Of a DNA stretch of 64,000 nt, positions 47,933-59,517 are shown piece by piece. Origin of the DNA: Fimicolochytrium jonesii (lineage: Eukaryota); NCBI RefSeq assembly GCF_025526975.1, contig NW_026515679.1, positions 434,001-498,000 of the forward strand. The letters run 5' to 3'. Numbering within the stretch: position 1 is the stretch's first letter; each line of letters begins with the position of its first letter. A program made the translations under genes and the position numbers. A model generated the notes under the pieces. The model did not search any database. It saw only the letters and a program-made list of their open reading frames with translations, and was not told the origin of the DNA.

Positions 47933-49599
47933 ATGCCTTCCAAACAGCTCGCAAAGAACGTTTACATCGGTACGGTGCCTTCCCCACATCGTTATGCGCG
48001 TCGCCTCGTTGTTCTGTACTAACAGTCCTTTCGCGTCTTACTCCTCATCCCTCACGATCGCACAGTCGCGGCAAAGCGGACGGTATGTACAGCATCTTAT
48101 CTTCAAATCCTCAGTGGGCTCTGCATGGAAAGAAGGGCGGTGATTCCGGTCAGCTCAACGTACGAATCATTCTTTCATCTCAACTTCTAGCCATTCGGTG
48201 CCTTTGGTGGGAAACTCGTCAACTTTTCGGCAACTGAGCTAGGAGGTCTTGCGTCCGTTGCCGCAGTGAAAGAGTTGCCAGACGGGGTTAAGATAGATTC
48301 CGTCATTTACGGAAATGTTTTGCAAACGTCTGCTGGTAAGGACTTCGGCGATCAGTTCCACTTTAATTATGCGGCTTCCAGTTAAAACCCTTACCTTTCC
48401 CAGATGCTGCATACCTCGCCCGTCACGTCGGCCACCGCGCCAATGTCCCAATCGAATCTCCCGCACTCACCATCAACCGATTATGTGGCTCTGGATTCCA
48501 GTCCGTGATCAACGGCGCCCAGGAAATCATCTTGGGCGAGGCCGAGGTCGTGTTGGCGGGTGGAACGGAGAGCATGACCCAGGCACCCTATGCGCTGCGT
48601 AACGCGCGCTTCGGTACCAGATACGGCGTCGAGTAAGTGGCTGTTGTGCAATCATTGTCTATTGTGAGTGAATGTCTGCTGATGCGTTGAGCGTAGCCAG
48701 AAGCTGGAAGATACTCTAGCCCACGCCCTCGTAGACAGCTTCCCAGAGAAGACACCCATGGGTATCACAGCTGAGAACCTCGCCAAGCAGTACGGCATCA
48801 CACGAAAAGAAGCCGATGAGTTTGCTTTGAGGTCTCAACAGAACTACGCCAAAGGTGATAGTGCTTAGCTCTTGGCGCTCTGTTCCGTTCTGTATCTGAC
48901 CCTCAGTCTGCAGCGCACGCGGCTGGCATATTCAATGCCGAGATCGCACCAGTGGAAATAAAGACCAGGAAGGGCACCGAGTCGTTTACAGCGGATGAGC
49001 ACCCACGGGGATCAACAACCCTGGAAACCCTGGCAAAGCTCCAGTCTGTATTCATTAAGCAGACGGGCACTGTCACCGCTGGGTAAGCACCATCCAAGTA
49101 TTCATATACCTTCCACACCTATCCTCGGCAACTAACTATCCATCTCCCCAGAAACGCCTCCGGAATCTGCGACGGAGCAGCATCTTTGATCGTCGCCAGT
49201 GAATCCGCCATCAAATCTCAAAACCTCAAACCCCTCGCCCGCCTCGTGAGCTGGCACTACACCGGCGTCGACCCCAAAATCATGGGCATCGGGCCCGTCC
49301 CCGCCGTCAAGGGTGCCCTCAAGAAGGCTGGGCTCACATTGAAGGATATGGACATCATCGAGCTGAATGAGGCGTTTGCGGTGCAGGCGCTGGCGGTCTC
49401 GAGGGAGCTGGGGTGGGATATGTCGAAGGTGAATCTGGCGGGTGGGGCTATTGCTATTGGACACCCGCTTGGGGCTAGTGGGGCGAGGATTACGGCTCAT
49501 TTGGCGCATGAGCTGCAGAGGACTAAGAAGCGTTATGCGTTGGGGACGGCGTGTATCGGCGGGGGCCAGGGCATTGCTCTTATCTTGGAGCGGGCTTAG
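47933..49599 (+). CDS. 3-ketoacyl-CoA thiolase (ACAA2-like), 7 exons including an 18-nt micro-exon near 48065-48082
   Basis: MPSKQLAKNVYIV|AAKRT|PFGAFGG, TINRLCGSGFQSV, GGTESM, MGITAENLA, VTAG|NASGICDGA, ELNEAFA, GGAIAIGHPLGASG and ACIGGGQG. Confidence 0.93.
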
Positions 49600-50130
49600 G
49601 GCAGCTATTAGATTTGACGACGTCGTTGGACTGGAAATCTTCCGAGCAGGTAGCCGATATAGGAAAAGGCAGGTAGATAGGTTCGAAGCACCTTCAATAT
49701 ATGATGTCTATCGACAAGTTTGGAACCGGCGTTTTAGTACCATATCTGCTGGAAGCAATCCGATAATCAGGCTCGTCGCCGACCCCGGCGACCTCACCCG
49801 GCCCGCTCGCGATGGCGTTGTCATCGGCGTCGTTCTACTCGTGCCCACCGTCGCGCGAAGACGGTTAGTGTCTGTTGACTACCGCCCGTTGACGCTTCGC
49901 AGACAAACAGGAGGATGAAAGAACTGTTCTTGACAAGATGCAAAAGACTGTGTATGCTACGGTAGGAGGGTACAAAGTTGAGGAGCGAAACCTATTGTAT
50001 CCTAACACCATTACGCCGACTATGTCGAGGATTGTACCACTCCATACGACTGAAAAGACGATTCGAGGCCGTCGCCCAATGCCATGCGACACCAGACAAT
50101 AGACTGTGATTGTATGAAGACCTATCCATC

Positions 50131-52188
50131 CTAATGATTCACCCCTTCCTTGGCCACCCCCCTAACCCCCAGCAAAGCCTCACTCCACAACTCCCTTGCA
50201 TGCGCATGCATCATCGCATCCCCAAACCTCGCCAACTTAATCGTATTACTCAGCCCCGGCCAGACATTATACGTCCCCGCGCAAAACACGACCGCCGAGC
50301 CCTTTTCCAACCCAACCTGGTCGGCCACATCCCGCTCGGCTAACGCGTAGACTTGGTCGGTGTTGGCGAAGCCGCGGGGTGGGATTGCTGCGGGGGAGGA
50401 CGGATTGTTCCAGTGGGCGAGGGCGGTGCTGATGACGGGGGTGACGCCGTGGATGAGGGCCATGCGCCGGTAGGCGGAGAGGGTGGCGCCGACGCCGATG
50501 ATGGGGAGTTTGGGGCGGCGTTTCGCGACGTAGGTCTATGTAGGGCAGGAGATTAGGTTTGGGGGATGAGGGAACATGAGGGGGTGTGGGACTTACGGCC
50601 ATGTCGCCGAGGGCGCTGAAGACGATGATTGATGAGCCGTTGACCTCTTTGGCTGCAGCTACGGCGGCATCGGCGATAGGATGGATGAATTCCAAGGCCG
50701 CCGTTTTCTGTGGCCGCTCACGCTGTTGGATTTCCGCGACTTGCATGTAAGCCGCGCCGTCTTCGGCCATTTCGCATACTTTGCCCATCTGCAGTGCGTT
50801 GGATTAGAGATCAAGGTTTCAAGGGCAGTGTGCCTCACTGCGATGTAAAGGAGGGAGATCCGACCAAATCGAAATCATACCATTGTGACCGTCTCGACAG
50901 GGAACCTGCCCGTCGCGCACTCCGCAGACAGCATGACGGCATCGGTTCCATCAAACACGGCGTTGGCGACGTCACTGACTTCAGCCCTAGTCGGTACGGG
51001 TGAAGTGATCATAGACTCCAGCATCTGGGTCGCGGTGATGACAGGCTTGTCTGATTGCAGGATCGCGGGTCAGGTTTCTCATACTATATCAACAAGAAGC
51101 TCGGCAGCCGTGAGGCATCCCAATCAGACCGACTAACCTGCAGCATTGGTCTTCCGAATCAACATCTTCTGAATGACCGGCACCTTCTCCAAACTGACTT
51201 CCACACCCAGATCTCCACGAGCCACCATGATCCCGTCGCCAATTTGGATTAAATCATCAATACAGTCCAAAGCCTGCGGTTTCTCAATCTTGAGAATAAT
51301 ACGTGGGCGCCAGCCCCGCTCAATGGCTGCCAAATCACCGCCGTTCGTCTGCGGGTTGTCAACCTCCGTGTCATCCTTGGCCCACACTTCCATCAAGTCC
51401 TTCAATTCGCGCACATCCTCGACGCGTTGGACGAAGGACATGGCGACATACTCCAATCGCTTTTTGAAGATGTATCGGGCATCCTTCTTATCTTTCTCTG
51501 TCAGTGCCGGGACGTCGAGTCGGATGTCAGGAACGTTGATGCCCTTGTGCGGTTTCAGCTCGCCGCCGGCCATGACTTCACACGCGAGCTCGGTCTCTGA
51601 TGTGCGTGAAGAGACTTTGAGGCGGATGTTGCCGTCGTCCAGGAGTACGCGGTCGCCCGGCTTCAGTTGAGCGACGATACGCTCGATCTTTGTGGTGATA
51701 AGACCGTCGGCGCCTGGTCCGTCTGAGGCGCGCAGCTTGACGGTTTGCCCGCGCTCGAGGTAGATGGAAGCTTTGGGTTTGAAGTCGTTGCACCGGACTT
51801 TTGGTCCCCCTACAATTTGCATACCGAACTAATCAGTCAGATGTGATGGGCGATGCGGCAAAGCAAATCTCCAGTATTCATCAAACTATCCCACCGAGAT
51901 CACCCAAGATGGCGACGGGAATGTTGAGTTCCGAGCTCCATTTGCGAATCTCGTCAATGAGGGAAGTCTGTTGTTCTGGATCCTCAATATGGCTGAAGTT
52001 CAGTCGGAATACATTGAGTCCTGGTAAACAAAGCGACTCAGTTCAGCTATGTTTCGTCGGTTGCACTTCGCCAGATATCACCGTCATATACCTGCTTGGA
52101 TTAGTTCCTTGATGAGCGGCTGGGAGGCGGGCCCAAGTGTGCCGACTATCTTTGTTTTCCTTTTGGGAGTGTGTAGTGAGTTTGCCAT
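50131..52188 (-). CDS. Pyruvate kinase, multi-exon
   Basis: [101 protein letters not shown] and NTIKL. Confidence 0.95.
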
Positions 52189-52487
52189 GGCTAGTATGCT
52201 GTACTGCGACGAGGTGGGAGAGGCTGCCGAGGGGAAGAAAGTGGTGGGCACATGAGGCTTGCTCCGATGGGCGTCTTCCCCCTCCGTTTCCTGTGCTGTT
52301 CACGTCACAGACGAGTCGGGACGCGCCGCACATGGCCGCTTGGACCTGGCTTGGAACGTTGCGCACTTCCTCACATAAAAGCGCCCCACGTTCCCACCAA
52401 CCGGCAGTGGCAACGGGATCGCAGGGTGTCCAACTACTAGCAGCTGCGGAGATATCGAGTGTACTATATATATAGGCCGTTGGGCTT

Positions 52488-54475
52488 ATGGGGACTCCAC
52501 CACGAGCAAAAGCTCGCTCCAGCCATCTTGCGCAGCGCCACGACAATCGAATCTCCAACGCTATGCGCGACGACGAAAACCTCTCTCCTTCGCGGCAATC
52601 CGACGGGGGCGCCTCGGGCGGACGAGCCAGTCCATATGCCAGCTGGCCTGGGAGCGCAACGTCCAGTGGCACGTATTACGACACCGGAGGCACCGTTCCT
52701 TCCGTTCAGCAAAGTCAGACGTCGCCTGGGGTGTCACCAAAACGAAGCGGTTCCTCCCTGGGCTTCTTGCGCTCCTTCTTTATATTCAACCCTCCGAGCA
52801 ACCTGCCGTTGAAGCAGACTGCGGTGACGCTGAGCACCGTCCTCCCGGAGATCATGATACATCACATGCTAACGCCAGTGAGTGCCTCGGCTTGTCGCCT
52901 GTAAACCCACTATTCGGGTCTGACCCCGTTCCCAAAGTTATACCCTTATATGACACGCGCGCTCCTCCCGGCGGAAAAAGCGTCGAAGGTGGGATACTAT
53001 GCGGGTCTCCTGCAGTCCGCATTCGCATTTCCGAGTACTTTCATGGACGCCGTCTGGGGACAGCTGTCCGATTCGTTCGGCAGAGCGACAATCCTTCTCG
53101 CCGGCCTCGTCGGGTCAGCACATAACTGTACATTCAGCGCATTCTTGCGTGTTCATATGATTCGAGTACTTGAGCTCAATGGTATCTTTTCAGGTACGGC
53201 GTGGGAACGATGCTGCTGGGATTGAGTATGTCCTATTGGTTGTCGGTCATGTCGTTAGCGACGATGGGCTTTTTCTCGAGCAATTCGGTGGTCGCCAAGG
53301 GAATGATCGGTGAGGTACCTCAATGCGGCACGACGACGATGTTTCGCAGCTGTTTGTGACACTCTGACCTCGGCCTTGTAGATCGCGACGGACGATTCAT
53401 CCAGAGCATGGGCATACAGTGCTTACGGGGTGGTATTCAGTTTTGCTGGTATCCTGGGGACGTTGGCGGGAGGCTTCCTTGGAGACCCAGCCCTTTTTGC
53501 TGGAACTCAGTTTCTCCATGATCGGCCGTACTTCGTTGCCTGCTCGATTGGGGCCTTCCTGGCTGGGGTATGTCTATCTCCGATACTTGTGGCCGTCCGA
53601 TTCGATGACTAAACACTTCTAAACACGACATGCAGGTAGGTGTTCTCGTCACCTTCCGATATCTCAAACGATCAATCCAGCGAGCGCCATACACGGCACT
53701 ACATCCCGCAACAGCCAACACCGACTTCAATACCAGCATCGAAGACGCGGTCCCATTAGAATCCATAGGCCTCTCACGGAGTTCCCAAACCCGTGACCGC
53801 CCCCGCCTCGGCCTCGCCTGGCGCCTAACCCCCCGTATCCTCCGCCCCTACCTCTCCATCATCTCCGTCACAACCATCGCCCCCATCGTCCTCGCCACAA
53901 CCTACAAACTGAGCCACAGCCTCTTCCACACCGCCCTCCCCCTTCTCGCCTCAAGCCCTATCGAAACAGGCGGGTTCGGCCTCCCACCGAAATCAACCTC
54001 GTTCGCCATGACGCTCGTCTCTGTCGCCAAACTGCTGCTGAAAGCGAGTTATTTTCCGATTCATGGGAAGGTGGGCACGACGTGGTCTTACGCGATCGGA
54101 TGCGCGCTCATCATCCCCGGCGCGCTCATACCCCCGCTTTTCGGACACGTGGCATTGTGGCCATCAATATACATGTCCAGCGTCCTCATCGGCGCGGGTG
54201 AAGGGCTGTGTTACCTCGCGTCCATCATGCTGTTAACGGACGCGGTGTCCCCGGCGCATTACGGTTTGATACATGGACTGGCCGGCTGTGCAGGGTCGGT
54301 GATGAAGACAGTGGGACCGACGATTTCGGGCGCGGTTTGGGAGTTGGGTGTGGAGTGGGGATGTCGGTGGCTTATTTTTGGCGTAGTTGCGGGTGTGGCG
54401 GCGTTGGGCGGTGTGCTGAGTAGGAAATTGGATGTGCGGAAGTGGGAGTGTGGGGGTGATGAGAGGGATGATTGA
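52488..54475 (+). CDS. Major facilitator superfamily transporter (ZIFL/DHA1-like)
   Basis: Spliced: LYPYMT..VGYYAGLLQSAF..WGQLSDSFGRATILL (motif A), VVAKGMIGE|I, GTLAGG and KTVGPTISG, with multiple TM segments. Confidence 0.88.
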
Positions 54476-54794
54476 AGTTTCTGGCCGGTGGGGGTGGACG
54501 TTTGTACCCTCTACGGTTTATGTGGGGGTGGACGTATATATCCTGCTTGCCGAGTTCATGGTACATGTAATATCGGAGGCAGTCATGCGTTTATTAGGGG
54601 TAACTCGTCTAATGGGATCGCAATGGGCCATGGATTGCAGCATAAAATGGTTTTCAGTCCTGATGGCCCATGAGCTTTATCAACGCCGTTCTTCAATCCC
54701 ACTTTCTATTCAAAGGTTGGAGGAATTCAAACCCAAACGTATCCCCCAAATCCCGAAGCTGCCGCCCTCACATGTCTCCCCCGCAAACTAGCCA

Positions 54795-55798
54795 TCAATC
54801 AGCCCCAAACCTCGCCCTCAACGCCCCCAACTTCTTCTCCTTCTTCTTCTGCTTGAACATCTCCAACTCCTTCTTCGTCAGCTTCTTCTGCCTCTTGCCT
54901 CCACCTTCGCCACCTTCCTCGCTCATCTCGGCCATCCGCTTCGCCGCCCTTTCCTCCTGGTACTTGTCGTAATCGAAATAAAAACTCATCTGGCGGGCGG
55001 CTTTGGTGTTTTGGTTAAAGTATTGGTCTGGGGCGGCGAAACGTTCGTCCCGGTCCGGGTTTTGGAAGCGGCCGGTGCGGGGGTTGAAGGCGCCTGTTAC
55101 TGTGTAGTCTATCGGAAGGTTACAAGAAGAGTCAGTCTCCATCTCGGACGTAGGAGACCCATTTGTTCACCAAACCAACCTGAGTCAACACCAATAACCC
55201 CCGGTTTCGTTCCATAAGCCGTCGATATGCCATACCCCCCATACGACGGCTGCGCATCCGATGGAGCGCCTGCCACCCCGGCTACAGTTCCAGCCGCTTG
55301 TGGCTGGTACGTGGAGTAGTACCAGTTGTAGTATTCTTCGGAATTGTAGTAGTCTGCGTGGGCGGTTTGTGATGCTTCTGTTCTTGTTGCATCGGCTGGG
55401 AGAGGGTTTGTGGAGTCAATGGAGGGTGCGGTCGGTTCGGGTTTTGGTTCTCCTTTCGGTGTACGAGAGGGTGGCGAATCGGTGCCTTCCACAAGGGCCT
55501 CCCCCTCACTTCCCTCCGGCACCGTAACAGTATCCTCCTTCGCCGCATTATTCTCTTCCCTACTCTCGCCCTCCTCGGAATCCACAGCCTCCCCACCCTT
55601 CTCGCCAATAGCGTCCCCACTCTCAACTTTCACATTCTCCACACTCTCGCCTTTCACGTTCTCCAAAACCTCCTTCGGGTCATCCCAGCTCGTCTCGTTA
55701 GTGACGGTATTCCACCAGTAGTACAGCTGTGTGCTTTCATCGTATATCGGCTGCCATGGCGACGCCGGAGGGGTGGAGGTTGGTTGTAGGGTTGACAT
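54795..55798 (-). CDS. WW-domain protein with conserved fungal C-terminal domain
   Basis: SPWQPIYDESTQLYYWWNTVTNETSWDDP (WW) and YYNSEEYYNWY. The last exon reads YTVTGAFNPRTGRFQ..KAARQMSFYFDYD..KKLTKKELEMFKQKKKEKK. Confidence 0.8.
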
Positions 55799-56189
55799 TG
55801 AGGAAGGGAATAGCGTTGCTTTTTCCTTTTCCAACCAAGCCACAACGTTTTGCTGTGCGCTGGGTTGAGGGGAGGAGTACTGCTAGAGAGGGGTATCCTT
55901 ATATCCGGATCTATATAATATACGTGGGATCTGGAGGTTTAGAAATGAAGGTCTTGAGGGTAATGTCCAGGATGGGCGAAAGAAAGTGAGAATGCTGCGA
56001 CATGGAAGACGGGAGATCGCTGTCATGGACGGAAGCCTGCGGGACGTGTTCTCCAGTGGCACGCGCTGTCGCTTTTCGTTGTTGACGACAGGCTGACGAC
56101 AGGTCCCGACGCCGATGTCTTTGAGACACCGGGCCACATATCGAGCTGAACTCTCACATTCGTTTTCTTCCTTCCTCGTTACCCTGCAA

Positions 56190-58107
56190 ATGTCAGCATC
56201 GAACGGTCCCAATGGGGGCACCAGCGGCATCCGCCGGCTCTCAACAGCACCAACAAAACTGACAGCCCCAGGCTCAACACCCTTGCGACCTTCAATCACA
56301 GCGCTCAAAAAGGTTTCTAGGTCGACCACTGATGTCTCCACCCGTAAAATAACCAGCAGCAAAAGCCGCGGCCATGGCTCCACCGCAGCCACATCCGCCT
56401 CCGCCCGCACCACCACCACCACCACCACCCGCAGGTCCTCCACCGCCCCCTCACGTCCAACCCGCAAAACCCTCCCACGTCTCCCACCGCCCACCCGCCC
56501 GTCCCTTCCAACCATCGGCGGCGGCGCAACCCTCCAATTAACCCACACCCCAGTCAAACTCACCCACTCAACCTTCGACCTCTTCACGCGCACGACGGGC
56601 GAGCCGATGCGCGCTACCGATCCGTATGCGCAGTTCTTGATGGGACCGAGACGTGTGAAACTCCATGTGCCGAGTTATAGGGAGTTGGAGGAGATGCAAA
56701 AGGAAGGGAGGGTGGAACGGGAGCGGGAGCGGGAACGGAGGGCGAGGGAACGGAATCGGGTTGCGAAGAGGGTGTTGGAGAGTGTGCAGAGCGCGAGGGC
56801 AGATGCGGCTGTGGGCGGGGGGCCAAAATCGGCCGTGTCGAATGCGGCAATTAGTGTTACTGCTATGGCGCAGGGGTTGACGGTGGGCAGAGCGACGAGC
56901 GGATTTGCGAAGCGCGCAACGTCGGCTGCAGCCGGTCATCGTCAGCCAAGGAAACCGGCAGGGAAGAAGCGGTTTAGGACAATGACGACGTATCAGTACC
57001 GGGCAGATATGATGAGCAAGTGGGAGAGGTTGGAGGATATGCGCATCAAGTATGATTTCTGATGCATGATTTATTGATATTAGGTTATGGTACTAATCTT
57101 ATTGGCTTTCTGGACACTTGAAGAATCGTGGCGAGGATGCAGTCTCTAAGACACTGTCATGGGGAGCTGCAGTCGTTGTGAGCAATCATTTCAGCATGGA
57201 AGGCCCGTCATTCTCGTACTTTGTCTGATTTATTAACAAATTTAGGAAACACAAGAACTCTGAACTACGAGAGCAGTATGCCACCCTCACCAGATCAACT
57301 GTACGTAACTCGTTACACTCTCGATACCTTTCTCCGTGTGAGTGCTAATGTCATTGCACTTATCAGAATGCAAAAGTAACGCGGATCCTGCTCGCCACAA
57401 CTACACAAAATGATTCTCTGACGAGTGCACACCGAGACCGGAAACGGAGGCGGTATGATGCCATTTGCGAGATGAAGGACTTTGATGCGGCTTGGGGAGA
57501 TCGCATCAACGGTGAGGAAGAGGTCACTCTGATGATGCAACCTGTGCCCACTAGGAAGCACATTCCTAATCCAAATACTTTCAATGCAGGCGTAAACTCA
57601 ATCCTCCTCAAACGCCGCCGCGAACTCCATGAAGTCGAGCGCGAACTCCTTGCCCTTCGGAACTTCAAAGCGCAAGCCACCTCCGACCCGGCCCACCACC
57701 GCGCCCAGCTCGCCCTCCAACTCCGCCAACAATCCGCGCTAAACCAACACCATCAAGACCTGCTCGCGCAAGCTGAACAAAACTCGCACGCCCAAAGCGT
57801 GTCACATTTGTCGCTGACGCATAAACATCTCGATACGGTGATCCAAAGGGCATATGGGACGCTGGATCCGCAGCCGCGCGCGGCGTTGGAGGCGTCATTG
57901 AAGGTGAATGGGCGGTTGAAGAAGGAGGTTAAGTGCCATGAGGAGTTGGGAGTGGTGCTACGGGCGGAGATTGATAGGCTGAATGCGGAGATTCAGAGGA
58001 GGAAAGAGGGAAGGCGGGCGGGGAGAGATCGGCGGCGGGATGTTCTTGTGTGGAAGAGGAAGGAGGGGAAGGCGGTGAGTAGGTTGGTCGATGAATTAGG
58101 GGCTTAA
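56190..58107 (+). CDS. Hypothetical protein: Thr/Ser/Arg-rich N-terminus + long coiled coil, 4 exons
   Basis: ORF 56190-57049 joins ORF 57472-58107 in frame through small exons (57124-57170, 57246-57300) with GT-AG introns. The C-terminus is heptad-rich (RRRELHEVERELLAL, LEASLKVNGRLKKEV..LRAEIDRL). Confidence 0.65.
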
Positions 58108-59517
58108 AGGCATTAGGTATTGAAACGGGATTTCATGATTGCGATATAATCTGCACATATTTTTCTGGAAATCGGACTTGCGAAGTCGGCAGGCACTGCA
58201 TTTGAACACCAAACGCTTCAGTCCCCCTAGCCTGTAGAAAGCAACAACAGATAGGCGTCCTCTCTCGAAACTACGCCATGCTGACACCGTCGGAACGTTC
58301 GGGGGGAATCTCCTTTGATCCAACGTCCGCGAAGCACACGAATCCATCTCCGCCTGTAGGCCAAATTGCCGCATGTCGATCCCAACGGACCTGACACGCT
58401 CACTGATACGCCGCCAGAGCTTCTCGAATCTCGTAGACAGCTCCGCTTCTCCCTGCTTTAGTATCCCAACATCCTTACTAATAGCCTCACGTCGTCGTTG
58501 AGATGTGTACACTGCGTGCCCGGTGTGCAGAACACTGCTTCGTTGAATTCCAGGCTGCGAATCACCAGCCTACCGGAATAGCAGACCGTTCGCCGAGTTG
58601 TCGTTCTTGCGCACAAGGTGCCCTATCGGTGAAGGACCTGCTCGTTCTCTACCCACCCACTATGCTCTCTCAGCATTCCTTCTTCGTTCTGATCAAAATC
58701 CTCCTCGGCAGTAACCGGTCCAGGACTTCTTTCGCTAGCTTCGAAAAGGAACAGAACGTGTCGTCGGTGCGCGAGCCGGGCTGCAAATGATGTCCGTCTC
58801 CAACTCCGCTGCTGCGTGAGAGCATGGGGCGGAGTGCGCGGACAATTGAGGCTTCGGTCTCGGGCATCGTTATGCAATCTTGAAAAATGGACCGTTCGGG
58901 AGAGGCAACTAATAAGGCAGGGAATGAAATTGTCCAAGAAAGCTTGTCGGAGATGGCAACGATAGCGGACGACCTGAGCAGCCTTGATAAGCTGCCCGAG
59001 CACGGAGGCTGTTTGGAAGCCATCTTCCAGCTGTCCAATGCCATTGGACATTGTGACGGACCATTTGTGGAGTTTTGGGCGCGTTTTTCAGGTGTCCGAG
59101 GATGCACCGGTGGATGTATTCGCAGTCAACCTTGGTACAGCCGGAGCCGTAATTGAGCGCGTAGCATTTTCGGTCCTGGAGGTCCTGGCGGCGAATCGTC
59201 CTCGTACGCGAGCCCGAAGGCGCCGTTCGCGGTGCGGCCCCATGGCGATCTTGCGAAGCCCGTTTGCGGATGATATAGATAGGGTGGGGCTGATGTGAAA
59301 GTGAACCAGTGTTGTATCCGGCCTCTTGTCTTCACACAACGATGCACCGCACCTAGATACACCATGAAGTCACATATGAAGAGTGTATCATGATCAATCA
59401 TTCGATTTAGAGACCATCTACGCCTGAATGTTCGCAGGAAATGGACGATCTCAGTGTCCACATGAGTAACTCTACAGGACAAGGTCCCAGTCCCCAAACT
59501 ACCAACACCGCCGCTAT

